This document shows, in pieces, positions 53,112 to 62,555 of a DNA stretch of 64,000 nt. Every line of letters starts with the position of its first letter. Within the stretch, counting starts at the first letter, position 1. A program made the position numbers and the translations under genes. Origin of the DNA: an uncultured Clostridia bacterium (GTDB taxonomy: Bacteria > Bacillota > Clostridia > TANB77 > CAG-508); contig CAKPQL010000001.1 in assembly GCA_934178555.1 (NCBI GenBank), positions 37,243-101,242 of the forward strand, read 5' to 3'. The notes under the pieces were generated by a model. That model saw only the letters and a program-made list of their open reading frames with translations, was not told where the DNA came from and searched no databases.

Positions 53112-54269
53112 ATGCTAAAAACATATAAAGATTGGTTAAGAATAGTTTCTAGAAAACCAATGAACATTTTCTGGATATTATTTTTTCCAATAATATTGGT
53201 TACACTTTTTAAAATGACAATGGGAAGTCAAGATTTGGTAACTAGTTTTTCAGAAAAAATTAAAATAGAATTTATAAAATCAAATAATGAATTAATTAAT
53301 GTTCAAATAGAAAATGCCTTTAATTCAGAAGAATTAACAAAATATTGTGATTTTAACATATCTGATAACATAGAAAATTCGCAAAAAAAGGTTGAGAGTG
53401 AAGAAATTGATGGTTATTTTTATATAGAAGGAACTGATGATAGTACATATACTCTATTTGTAAAAACAGGTTATAGTAGTTTTGCAAATTCAATGATACA
53501 AAGCTTTTCAGAAAACTTTGTAAATACAGCCAATAAAATTTACAACAGTATAGTTACTTCTGCAACAAGTCAAGCAGGAACTATAAGACAAGGTGATTAT
53601 ACAAAATCTGGTGATAAAATATTTAAACAAGAAAATGTACCTAGTTTGGCTGCAATATATACATATCCAGCAATAATATATTCAATATTGTTTACAGGTC
53701 TAATAGTACAGTACTCTATACGCTCAATGAGTTCAAATATGTCTTATACAGGAATGAGAGTAGAATTATCAACAGAAAAGAAATCTAAAATTTTTATATG
53801 TGCCATACTTGCAACATTTACAGTGGGGTTAATAGCACTTATAATCTTAACAATATATATACACTTTATAATGAAAATTGATTTAGGATTAACAAAGCAC
53901 TTCGGATATTTAATTAGTATATATGCTGTAGGATTAATAGTATCTATTTTATTATCTTCTATGATAGTAATGTTAACACATAAAAAAGACGAACAAGTAC
54001 AGGGAAATATATTAAGTGCTGTATTAATGGTTTTATACTTTTTTTCAGGTGGAATGGTAGGAAACTTATCATTAACAATAAAAAAATATGTGCCATTTTT
54101 ATATTACATAAATCCATCAGCATTATTATCTGATAGTATAAATTATTTATCATATAAAGAAGATTTAGGAATTGTATGGTTTAACTTGGGCTTAGTTGCA
54201 TTATCTGGGCTTACATATCTAGCAATCTCCATATTAGCATTAAGGAGGAAAAAGAATGAGTTATTTTAA
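53112..54269 (+). CDS. ABC-2 family transporter permease
   Basis: An N-terminal TM helix, a large extracytoplasmic loop, then 5 C-terminal TM helices. Confidence 0.7.
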   Translation: MLKTYKDWLRIVSRKPMNIFWILFFPIILVTLFKMTMGSQDLVTSFSEKIKIEFIKSNNELINVQIENAFNSEELTKYCDFNISDNIENSQKKVESEEIDGYFYIEGTDDSTYTLFVKTGYSSFANSMIQSFSENFVNTANKIYNSIVTSATSQAGTIRQGDYTKSGDKIFKQENVPSLAAIYTYPAIIYSILFTGLIVQYSIRSMSSNMSYTGMRVELSTEKKSKIFICAILATFTVGLIALIILTIYIHFIMKIDLGLTKHFGYLISIYAVGLIVSILLSSMIVMLTHKKDEQVQGNILSAVLMVLYFFSGGMVGNLSLTIKKYVPFLYYINPSALLSDSINYLSYKEDLGIVWFNLGLVALSGLTYLAISILALRRKKNELF

Positions 54270-55377
54270 ACTGTTTTTTAATATTTTAAAATCACATAAA
54301 ATTAATGTAATTCTTCCTCTTGCAATACTTATAATTTTTTCTGTTGTTGAAGTAAATTTAATAACTTCTAATGTATCTGAATATGAGCCATATGCTTATA
54401 TAGTAGATAAAGATAATACAGAATTTAGCAAAGAATTAGTAAAGGAGATAAATAAATATACTAATACAAAAGAATATAAAGGAAATGAAGATATAGAAGA
54501 GGAATTAATGAAATCTTGGATTTCATTGTATATAGAAATACCAGAAGGTTTTTCTAAAAACTTTAATGAATATAAACTTTCCAATGATAGTAGATTTAAG
54601 TCAAAAAATAAAATAATAATAAAATCTATTGAAAATTCGAAATCAAGAATTTTCATTGAAGAGAAAATAGACAATTACTTAAATTCAAAAATGAATAATA
54701 CAGAATTAAATGATAATAATTTTATAACATTAGAAGTAAGTAGTGCAATTAATGCAGATGATACAACAGCTAAAATTAGTGCTATAAGTTTTGCTGCTTA
54801 TGGAGTTTTATATGGTATGCCAAATATTATAGGAACTTTCTTTATGCTAATAAGGAAAAAAGATATCAAAGACAGATATTCGTGTTCGCCTATTTCTAAT
54901 AAGCAATATTTAATACAAGTAGTAATAGCAAGCATTTGCATAACAATAATATTCTCTTTTGTAGTTGCTGTATTCATAATGAATGTTCTATTTAAAATGC
55001 CATTTGATAGTATATGGTTATTAAATTTTGCTAACATATTACTAATTGCAATACTGGGTATAGGTTTAGGCTTAATATTTGGAATGCTTGTAAAAAATAT
55101 GGAGGCTTTAACTGGATTAAGTACAGGAGTATCATTAGCACTAGCATTTTTAGGAGGACTATTTGTCCCTCTAGAAATATTTAGCGATACTATGAGAAAA
55201 ATTGCAACATTTACTCCTACATATTGGTATGAAAAAGTAAATAACATATTAAACTCTGGAGCAAATAATATAGATATAGGTTCTATTTTAACTTCGTTTG
55301 GAATACAATGTATATTTATAGTAGGTGTTTTTGTAATTGTTTCAATAATTAATAAACGAAAACAAACAAATAATTAA
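54256..55377 (+). CDS. ABC-2 family transporter permease (second subunit)
   Basis: Same architecture as the preceding gene, with a 14-nt overlap. Confidence 0.7.
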   Translation: MSYFKLFFNILKSHKINVILPLAILIIFSVVEVNLITSNVSEYEPYAYIVDKDNTEFSKELVKEINKYTNTKEYKGNEDIEEELMKSWISLYIEIPEGFSKNFNEYKLSNDSRFKSKNKIIIKSIENSKSRIFIEEKIDNYLNSKMNNTELNDNNFITLEVSSAINADDTTAKISAISFAAYGVLYGMPNIIGTFFMLIRKKDIKDRYSCSPISNKQYLIQVVIASICITIIFSFVVAVFIMNVLFKMPFDSIWLLNFANILLIAILGIGLGLIFGMLVKNMEALTGLSTGVSLALAFLGGLFVPLEIFSDTMRKIATFTPTYWYEKVNNILNSGANNIDIGSILTSFGIQCIFIVGVFVIVSIINKRKQTNN

Positions 55378-55489
55378 AAAATTTTAAGACTATTTTAATA
55401 ATTCAATTATAAAATACCAATCAAGAAAGGAGGAGATTAAAAGACCAACATTAATTTTAAAAAATAAAGACTATTTACAGTCAAATCAA

Positions 55490-56104
55490 TTGCTAACATA
55501 TAAATTTAATCAATCTGATTTTGAAAAATTAATGGAAGCATACGAAAAAGCTAAAATTAAATTAGAAAAGCTTTTAATAGAATTAAAGCAAGAAGCAAGA
55601 GAATTTTATGGATATGATGTAATAAATACAATAACAAGTAGATTAAAAACTCAAAAAAGCATTATAGATAAAATGAAAAGGAAACATTATGATATAAACT
55701 GTAATAATATGATTGATTATATTGATGATATAGCAGGAATAAGAATTGTGTGTCCATATAAAACAAATATAAAAATGATAAAAAATATTTTAGAGCAGAT
55801 GCCTAATATACATATACTAAAGGAAAAAGACTATATAAAAAAGCCAAAGAAAAGTGGATATTCAGGATATCACCTTATAGTAGAAGTTCCTGTTAAGATG
55901 CAAGGAGAAGAGATATTTGTAAAAGCAGAAATACAAATTCGTACTATGGCAATGGATTTTTGGGCAACTACAGAACATAAAATAAGATATAAAACAAAAA
56001 ATAAAATATCATTTTTTGATTCGATGAAATTATCAATTTATGCCAAAATATTAAATAAAATTGATGATGAACTAATAAAAATGAAGAATAGACAACATAC
56101 ATAA
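55490..56104 (+). CDS. small alarmone synthetase (RelQ/RelP-type GTP pyrophosphokinase)
   Basis: RelA/SpoT synthetase motifs DIAGIRIVC, SGYSGYHLIV and EIQIRTMAMDFWATTEHK. The start is uncertain: TTG 55490 has no RBS, and AAAGGAGG at 55427 is far upstream. Confidence 0.8.
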   Translation: MLTYKFNQSDFEKLMEAYEKAKIKLEKLLIELKQEAREFYGYDVINTITSRLKTQKSIIDKMKRKHYDINCNNMIDYIDDIAGIRIVCPYKTNIKMIKNILEQMPNIHILKEKDYIKKPKKSGYSGYHLIVEVPVKMQGEEIFVKAEIQIRTMAMDFWATTEHKIRYKTKNKISFFDSMKLSIYAKILNKIDDELIKMKNRQHT

Positions 56105-56131
56105 CAAAGGGTAATATACCCTTTGTTTTTT
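56104..56131 (+). terminator. rho-independent terminator
   Basis: ACAAAGGG...CCCTTTGT stem followed by TTTTTT. Confidence 0.75.
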
Positions 56132-56193
56132 CGTCACAAATGTTAATAAAATTACATATTATGTATTATACGAAAGAATAAGGAGGAATACAG

Positions 56194-56544
56194 ATGTATA
56201 GACATTGTAAATGCCAAAAGTATAGTCAATACGATTGCAACAAAGAAGACGTTATAGAAGATATATGCGATGATGTAGATTCTTGCAATTGTGATTGTAA
56301 TATGGATGAGTGCGAATGCGGATTCGATGAAGAATGTGGAGCATTTCCTACAAATTATATGTACGGTCAATCATATGTTCCAATTCAAAAAATGAATAAA
56401 ACTTTTATACCAGAAGTGGGACTAAGAATGGGTACAATTTTCCCTGAATTAGTTAGTCCATATATGCCAGGGCAATCTATGGAAGAAATAGAATATATAA
56501 GAAATACAAACGTTATAGGGGAGGGATGTAATAATGCACGATAA
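56194..56544 (+). CDS. cotJA: spore coat-associated protein CotJA with a Cys/Asp-rich N-terminal extension
   Basis: CotJA core YVPIQKMNKTFIPEVGLRMGTIFPELVSPY. AAGGAGG RBS. Confidence 0.75.
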   Translation: MYRHCKCQKYSQYDCNKEDVIEDICDDVDSCNCDCNMDECECGFDEECGAFPTNYMYGQSYVPIQKMNKTFIPEVGLRMGTIFPELVSPYMPGQSMEEIEYIRNTNVIGEGCNNAR

Positions 56545-56800
56545 TTGTATGGAACAAACTAGAGAAGAAATGCTTATGAAAATAAGAGAATATAATTTTG
56601 CTATAATAGAACTTGCGTTATATTTAGATACACATCCTGATGATAGAAAAGCTATATGTTTGCATAAAGAATATGCTAAAGCAGTAAAAGAATTAGAAGA
56701 TAAATATCAAAAAGTATATGGACCATTAACTATAAAATTTCCATGTAATAAATGGAGATGGTTAGAAGAACCATGGCCATGGGAAAAGGAGGCAAACTAA
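56534..56800 (+). CDS. cotJB: spore coat protein CotJB
   Basis: NFAIIELALYLDTHPDD and a C-terminal PWPWE motif. Confidence 0.85.
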   Translation: MHDNCMEQTREEMLMKIREYNFAIIELALYLDTHPDDRKAICLHKEYAKAVKELEDKYQKVYGPLTIKFPCNKWRWLEEPWPWEKEAN

Positions 56801-56801
56801 T

Positions 56802-56999
56802 ATGTGGACTTATGATAAAAGATTACAATATCCAGTTAATATAAAATGTCCAAATCCAAGATTAGCAAAGGTAATTATATCTCAATATGGAGGACCTGAT
56901 GGAGAACTTGCCGCTTCCTTAAGATATTTATCTCAAAGATTTGGAATGCCAGACCAAAAATCAAAAGCAATACTAAATGATATTGGAACAGAAGAATGA
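56802..56999 (+). pseudogene. cotJC: cotJC (Mn-catalase family spore coat protein), 5' fragment of 65 codons only, interrupted by an insertion
   Basis: MWTYDKRLQYPVNIKCPNPRLAKVIISQYGGPDGELAASLRYLSQRFGMP...LNDIGTEE, then TGA. Homology is lost a few nt later. Full-length CotJC is about 190 aa. Confidence 0.8.
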
Positions 57000-57148
57000 G
57001 CCCATAAAGAGGACGCTCAAAGGGACATAAAAATATATTTCTATCAAGGATGGAGATGGGATATTTTTTAAGAGGGGTATAGCTACCCTATATGAAAAAG
57101 AATTAAAGCCAAAAAATCAATTGTGGTGCGAATAAAAAGGAGGAATTT

Positions 57149-57580
57149 ATGAGAAATATAAAAAGCAAAAAATAATAGCGATAGTAACCATATTGATAAT
57201 TTTATTAATGAGTTTAAGCGATTTTGTGCATGCCAGTATACAAATGAATGAAGCTTATTTATATAAAATTGAAGATTGTACTGCAAAACTAAGGTATTGG
57301 AGTGATAAGCAAAATAGATGTTATTGTTATTATACAGAGTATGTATACAAGGGTAATAGATATCCTGTATATTGCTTAAATTCTGACTTTGATCAGAGTA
57401 GGAGAATATAGTGCATATACAGTTGATGTTGATACAGTGCTAGATGATGATGTTATATAGAGAACTATCATCAATGAGTACCCCGTATAAATCCCTGAAG
57501 AATTAGGTGTTAACACTGTATTAGAGTTAATAATTAATCTATTTTATTCAAAAAATAAATATAATTATTATATATTATAA
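57149..57580 (+). pseudogene. decayed N-terminal fragment of a thioester-domain (TQXA-type) surface adhesin
   Basis: A signal peptide is split by an A-run frameshift. VYCLNSD...GEYSAYTVDV...LDDDVI*RTIINEYP(Y)KSPEELGV shows an in-frame TAG where Trp is expected and C-run indels. The gene stops before the TQXA motif. Confidence 0.6.
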
Positions 57581-57582
57581 CA

Positions 57583-57612
57583 ATAAAGCTTCCATCAGGA
57601 AGCTTTATTGTT
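57583..57612 (+). terminator. rho-independent terminator
   Basis: AATAAAGCTTCC...GGAAGCTTTATT stem. Confidence 0.65.
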
Positions 57613-57932
57613 AAGAATAGAGACGTAGGAGTTAGATTACAAATTTGAATTCTAGAAAAAAGTAATAATACCTGCAATAGAAAGAAACATTTCTAATCTA
57701 ATGTAAATGCATATAGTAAAAAATATATGTTTTTGTGTTAAAAATGCTTCTTTTGTAAAGTCGAAAATTGCATATTTTTCCCTAATCTTCTTCATCTAAA
57801 TTTATGTAAAAATAAAATTCATAAATTAGATATTAATGAAAAAATTTCATTGCATTTATTAAACTATAAATTTAAATAAAAGTGCTAAAAAGATAATAAA
57901 AAATAAAAAAAACTATAAGATTTAATAAAAAG

Positions 57933-57963
57933 TGAAACTTTTTCAATACATAAAAACTCTTAT
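57933..57963 (+). promoter_or_regulatory. ECF-like promoter motif, distal copy
   Basis: TGAAACTTTTTCAATACATAAAAACTCTTAT matches the proximal copy at 28 of 31 positions. Confidence 0.35.
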
Positions 57964-58036
57964 TATTGTAAACAAAAATATATAAAAGATAGTATATTAT
58001 TTGATAATTGCTAATGTTATAATAAAATAACAAAAA

Positions 58037-58067
58037 TGAAACTTTTTTAATATACAAAAACTCTTAT
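58037..58067 (+). promoter_or_regulatory. ECF-like promoter motif, proximal copy, 43 nt upstream of the sigma factor gene
   Basis: TGAAACTTTTTTAATATACAAAAACTCTTAT. TGAAAC is a typical ECF -35 element. Confidence 0.4.
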
Positions 58068-58109
58068 ATATAGAATAGCAAATAAATAATTATTGTATGG
58101 GGAGATAAA

Positions 58110-58637
58110 ATGGAAGAATTAGTAATTAGAGCCAAAAAAGGAGATAGAGATGCTTTAAAAGATATTTTTATATATATAAAAAATGATTTATATAAAATTG
58201 CAAAAGCTAGATTCGATAATAATGAAGATGCAGAAGATGCAGTACAAGAAACTATAATTACAGTTATTAAATCAATAAAGAATCTATATAAGGTAGAAAA
58301 ATTTAAATCTTGGGTCATAACAATTCTAATAAACAAGTGTAACACAATATATAAAAAGAGAAAAAAATATAGCATTTCCATTGATGAAATAGAAAATACT
58401 TTAATTGAAAATGATGATTGTACTGAAAACAATATTGAGTTTTATTCAATGTTAAAATGTTTGGAATATAAAGAAAGGCTTATTATGATTCTTTACTATT
58501 CAGAAAATTATACTATAAAAGAAATAGGAAAAATTCTTAAAATGAATGAAAATACTGTAAAAACAAAAATATCAAGAGCAAAATTTAAAATAAAAAATAG
58601 TTATTTTGGAGGTGAGAAAAATGAATTATTGGGATAA
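58110..58637 (+). CDS. sigma-70 family (ECF-like) RNA polymerase sigma factor
   Basis: Region 2 (EDAEDAVQETIITVIKSIKNL...FKSWVITILINKC) and a region 4 HTH (YTIKEIGKILKMNENTVKTKISRAK). Confidence 0.8.
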   Translation: MEELVIRAKKGDRDALKDIFIYIKNDLYKIAKARFDNNEDAEDAVQETIITVIKSIKNLYKVEKFKSWVITILINKCNTIYKKRKKYSISIDEIENTLIENDDCTENNIEFYSMLKCLEYKERLIMILYYSENYTIKEIGKILKMNENTVKTKISRAKFKIKNSYFGGEKNELLG

Positions 58638-59790
58638 AGAAATAGAAAAGGTATTAAAAAAAGCAATAGTAGAACCAATAGGTTATGAGCAAATGATATT
58701 AAATACAATAAAAAATACAGAAAAGAAAAAAAATAATAGTATAAATTTAATAAAAAAATTGGTTACAGTATCTGCTTCAATATTGATAACTTGTAGTGGA
58801 GTATTAGCTACCTCCTTAGTATATGATAAAGTTTGGAAGAATCCTGAAAAATATAATTATAGTGAAGAATCTAAATTGTTTTCAGAAAGTCAAATTGATT
58901 GGAATTCAAATCTTATGTCAAAAGATGAATTAATTAATAAAGCAACTGAAATATTAAAAGTACTGGGATACAATGATTATCATGTAGAAACTACAGAAAT
59001 ATTTGAAATAAAAAATAAACAAATTATAAACAATTATTGCAAAATAATAGCCAAAAATCAATATGAAAAAGAAATTATAATAAAACTTAAAGCAGATAAC
59101 TCTAATTTAATGTATTTTTCAAGTACAGATATAAAATTAAATCAAGCTACAACCGAAAGCATCGAACAAACTGAAGCAATTAATAATATTAATGAAATAG
59201 CACAAAATTTAAATCTTAGCGAATACCAGTTGAATGTATGTAAAGAGTCAAATGTTGTTTATGAAAATATAAACACTATAAAGTGGCTAGCAACATTTAA
59301 TAAAAAAATCGATAACATAATTAATCCTTATGAAAATTTGACCATTACTTTTTTAAAAAAAGATAATAATTTTATAGTTACAGAAATATTAGTAAATGAA
59401 GATTGGTATTTTGAAAACAATCCTGTCTCTATTTCTGAAGAGGTAGCAATAAAAACAGCTACAACCAAAGAGAAAGAGTTTAACAACTTAAATATAGACA
59501 AGGTTGATGCTACATTAGGAATAAGAAGAATGAACACATTTATATATGAATTAGAAAATAATGTAGATAGAGCTAATATAGACATAACAAAACCAAATGC
59601 AGAATTATATAAAACTGAAACAAGAACAAGAAAAGTGTGGATAGTTTCGATAGAACATAATGATGATATTTTATATAACGACCATATAGAGTTTTTAAGA
59701 AAAAGCAATAAAAAATACTATATAGATGCTACAACTGGAGAAATAATTGGTGGAATGGATAATGTTAAATCCGAATCTCCAATATATTAA
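58621..59790 (+). CDS. putative anti-sigma factor: single-pass membrane protein with a PepSY-like C-terminal domain
   Basis: Overlaps the sigma gene by 17 nt behind GGAGGTGAG. There is a TM helix around residues 45-70, and the C-terminal YYIDATTGEIIGG is PepSY-like. Confidence 0.5.
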   Translation: MNYWDKEIEKVLKKAIVEPIGYEQMILNTIKNTEKKKNNSINLIKKLVTVSASILITCSGVLATSLVYDKVWKNPEKYNYSEESKLFSESQIDWNSNLMSKDELINKATEILKVLGYNDYHVETTEIFEIKNKQIINNYCKIIAKNQYEKEIIIKLKADNSNLMYFSSTDIKLNQATTESIEQTEAINNINEIAQNLNLSEYQLNVCKESNVVYENINTIKWLATFNKKIDNIINPYENLTITFLKKDNNFIVTEILVNEDWYFENNPVSISEEVAIKTATTKEKEFNNLNIDKVDATLGIRRMNTFIYELENNVDRANIDITKPNAELYKTETRTRKVWIVSIEHNDDILYNDHIEFLRKSNKKYYIDATTGEIIGGMDNVKSESPIY

Positions 59791-59816
59791 AATTATATAA
59801 AAGTTGGTTGATAAAA

Positions 59817-60506
59817 ATGATAAAAACATTAATAGCAGATGATAACTTATCTTATGCAAAAAACATTATTAACAATATAATAAGTAAAATTACAGATATA
59901 AAACTTGAATATGTATGCACTAATGGAAAAGAAACATTAGATGCTATATCAAAGAAACCATTTGATTTAATATTCTTAGATCTACAACTCCCAAAATTAA
60001 ATGGTTTAGAAATATTAAAAGAAATTAATAGATTAAATAGTGTAAAAAAACCTAAAGTTATAATTATTTCAGGAGATATGCCTTTGATTGAACAAATAAA
60101 ATCTTATGATAATATTTGTAACATAATATTAAAAACAGAATCTAATGATGTAATATGTAGAAAGATAGAAGAAGTAGTAAATGATATGAAATATGAATTA
60201 ACTTACTCCACAGTAAAATTAAAAGTGGTATCTGAATTAACAGAAATGGGATATAATTTTAAGTATGTAGGAACAAAATATATATTAGAATCTATTATGT
60301 ACATATATGAAAATAATACTTTTGATTTGTTAGATAATTTAGAAAAAAATGTATATAAAATTGTATCCTATAATAACCACAAAACTTTAGAAAATGTAAA
60401 AACTAACATAATAAAGTCAACAAAGTTGCGCCATAGAAACAATGAAAAAATTACTCCTAAATCAGTTATTACTCAAATATTGATTAAAATATATGACGAA
60501 AGTTAA
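59817..60506 (+). CDS. response regulator with a Spo0A-C-like DNA-binding domain (Spo0A paralogue)
   Basis: Receiver domain (ADDN, FLDLQLPKLNG, IIISG). The C-terminal GYNFKYVGTKYILESIMYIYEN...VYKIVS...TLENVKTNI resembles the Spo0A effector domain. An alternative TTG start is at 59808. Confidence 0.65.
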   Translation: MIKTLIADDNLSYAKNIINNIISKITDIKLEYVCTNGKETLDAISKKPFDLIFLDLQLPKLNGLEILKEINRLNSVKKPKVIIISGDMPLIEQIKSYDNICNIILKTESNDVICRKIEEVVNDMKYELTYSTVKLKVVSELTEMGYNFKYVGTKYILESIMYIYENNTFDLLDNLEKNVYKIVSYNNHKTLENVKTNIIKSTKLRHRNNEKITPKSVITQILIKIYDES

Positions 60507-60665
60507 AAAATGTTATCTTTTGTTATCTTTTTGCACAATTTGTAATATTATGTGTTATACAAATATATATGCTTTTTTGCATAAAATATCTAAACTCATA
60601 CTACACTTTGTATGAGTTTAGATATGCTGAATTAAGGATGCCAATGTTATAGGAGGAATTTACTT

Positions 60666-61154
60666 ATGAAATCGAGAACTAAAAAATTGGCAAAGTTTTT
60701 TACATGTTTGTTTTTGACATTGGCAATAGTGCTTTCTACATCAGTAAGTGTTTTTGCAATTGAACAGAACAACACTCGGGCTGGAACAGAAACGTGGTCT
60801 AGCACCACAAACACCTATGTTGGAAGTATGCACTTCACAAACACCAATTTAACACCTGTAAAAACGATTGGTCGTACTGGTACATTAACAATATGGGGTC
60901 ATTTCTACGGCGAAGACGATTATGCAGCATATAAACCTATTAACTTTACAGCACAGTTAAAAAGAGCTTATGGCAGTGTACTTACTCAAACTGTAGTTTA
61001 TGATGACAGAAGCGGTCTTATTCATTTCCAGCTGCAGTATCCAGTAAAAGCTGGTGATCAACTCCAGTTATATTTCACAGCAACAACTGCTAGTGGAGAA
61101 TTACCTGGATATACACGTGCAGCATTCGCCGAATATTGGTATTGCATCAGCTAA
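60666..61154 (+). CDS. secreted protein of unknown function (signal peptide plus about 130 aa)
   Basis: AGGAGG RBS. N-terminal KK-hydrophobic-VFA signal peptide. Visibly higher G+C than the flanks, and it uses a sense CGG at 60777. Confidence 0.65.
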   Translation: MKSRTKKLAKFFTCLFLTLAIVLSTSVSVFAIEQNNTRAGTETWSSTTNTYVGSMHFTNTNLTPVKTIGRTGTLTIWGHFYGEDDYAAYKPINFTAQLKRAYGSVLTQTVVYDDRSGLIHFQLQYPVKAGDQLQLYFTATTASGELPGYTRAAFAEYWYCIS

Positions 61155-61214
61155 AATTTAATTATGGCATCCTTTTTTAGCTACATTTTGACAGGTTTTT
61201 ACCTTAAGAAATGG

Positions 61215-61247
61215 TATACCCTAGTTTCATGCTAGGGTATATTTTTA
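61215..61247 (+). terminator. rho-independent terminator
   Basis: ATACCCTAG...CTAGGGTAT stem followed by ATTTTTATT. Confidence 0.75.
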
Positions 61248-61854
61248 TTATATACAATATTATGTTTCAAAGAATTTTTTTAAAAAAATCATCTTGTTTA
61301 TGTGAGAGGTATTACGAAGTAATATATCGAAGTGGAATTAAATTAATGTCAGAATGCTTTAAAGAATAAAATTATTTAATTATATTGGCTTTCAAAGTAA
61401 ATTTGGTTATTATATAAATTACTAAATTTTGAATGATAGGAGAAATCTTATCCTTATTTTTTTATTAATATTGTTGTGTTGAAAAAATCGAAACTTATAT
61501 TAGAATGCGTATATGTGAATAATATCTTCATTTGTTTTGGACATTGTTCAATTTTATTAAGATTGGAGAATGTCATATGGAAAGGAAGAATTATTTAGTT
61601 GAAAGACTTACAAATATTATTGTAAATGGAAATAAATAAATGATTTATATTTTAATAATCATTATCTCCTTTACAATAATAAGTTTTACCAAAGAGAGGA
61701 GATATAAAAAGTAAAGGCACTCAGTAAAATGACTAAAAAAGAATTAAAAAAGCAATGAAAAATTTAGAAATTAAGTAGAGTTATATTTTAGCTCTATTAG
61801 TTTCTTCATATCCAAAAGTTGTTAGTAAAAAAACAAAAAAATGAGGCAAATAAT

Positions 61855-62271
61855 ATGATTGATAAAGGAAAAATTTTAAACCTATATTTTATAGAGAAAT
61901 ATAAACAAATAGCTATATCAAAATTATTAAATGTTTCAAAGTCTACAGTAAATCAAATTATTATGTCGAATGAGAGGTATTTAAAGGAGAATAGTAGACA
62001 TCAGAGTGAGAACAGAGCAGAGAATAAGAAAAAGACGATAAAACTATATTACTAAAGCAAAAAAGCTGATGAAACATACGAAAGTATGAAGAAACAACAT
62101 ATAGAAGCGAGTAGAGACTTGTCTGGTGGTCAAAAGCCAATTTCAAATAGAACATATAGGGAGTGTAATCCATCAATATACATATATATAATGAAAATAT
62201 ATAATGAAAAGAACAAATACTATATCTTGAAAAGCGGAATAAAAGTCGGAGCTAATGTACCTAAACGATAA
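61855..62271 (+). pseudogene. HTH protein typical of serine-recombinase elements, split by an in-frame TAA at 62053-62055
   Basis: N-terminal HTH (IAISKLLNVSKSTVNQII) and a C-terminal half (RDLSGGQKPISNRTYRECNPSIY...) lie in the same frame, separated by one stop codon. Confidence 0.55.
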
Positions 62272-62343
62272 GTTGGAAAATTATTAAAATTATAAAGCAT
62301 TTTTAAAATCTCTTTGCATACATTTAGAAAAAGAGGTGTATGT

Positions 62344-62481
62344 ATGATTATTGATGAATTTAAAAGTGATAGCACATTAATAAGATTTGATGATAGAGAT
62401 ATTGGAACTAAAGAAAATAATAAAGATATACTTGATATATTAGTAGGATTAATTATGAAAAAAATTTCAGAATATTCGTAA
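62344..62481 (+). CDS. small hypothetical protein (45 aa) upstream of the recombinase
   Basis: AGAGGTG RBS and an ATG start. Too short for the ORF track. Confidence 0.3.
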   Translation: MIIDEFKSDSTLIRFDDRDIGTKENNKDILDILVGLIMKKISEYS

Positions 62482-62555
62482 ATATATTTGTAATTTTATC
62501 TAACCTATGCTAAATTCACAACTATTAGATAAAATTAACAAAGGAAAGGAGGATT

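Noticed and set aside
56132-56193. Sporulation-sigma (E/K) promoter for cotJA
   Set aside because: A CATATTAT-like -10 element is present, but I could not make a confident match for the -35 element and spacing.
57653-57796. 47-aa minus-strand ORF (MKKIREKYAIFDFTKEAF... with a hydrophobic tail) in the AT-rich spacer of the element
   Set aside because: There is no convincing RBS, and it sits in an AT-rich region where short ORFs arise by chance. It could be a small membrane peptide or toxin, but I cannot support that.
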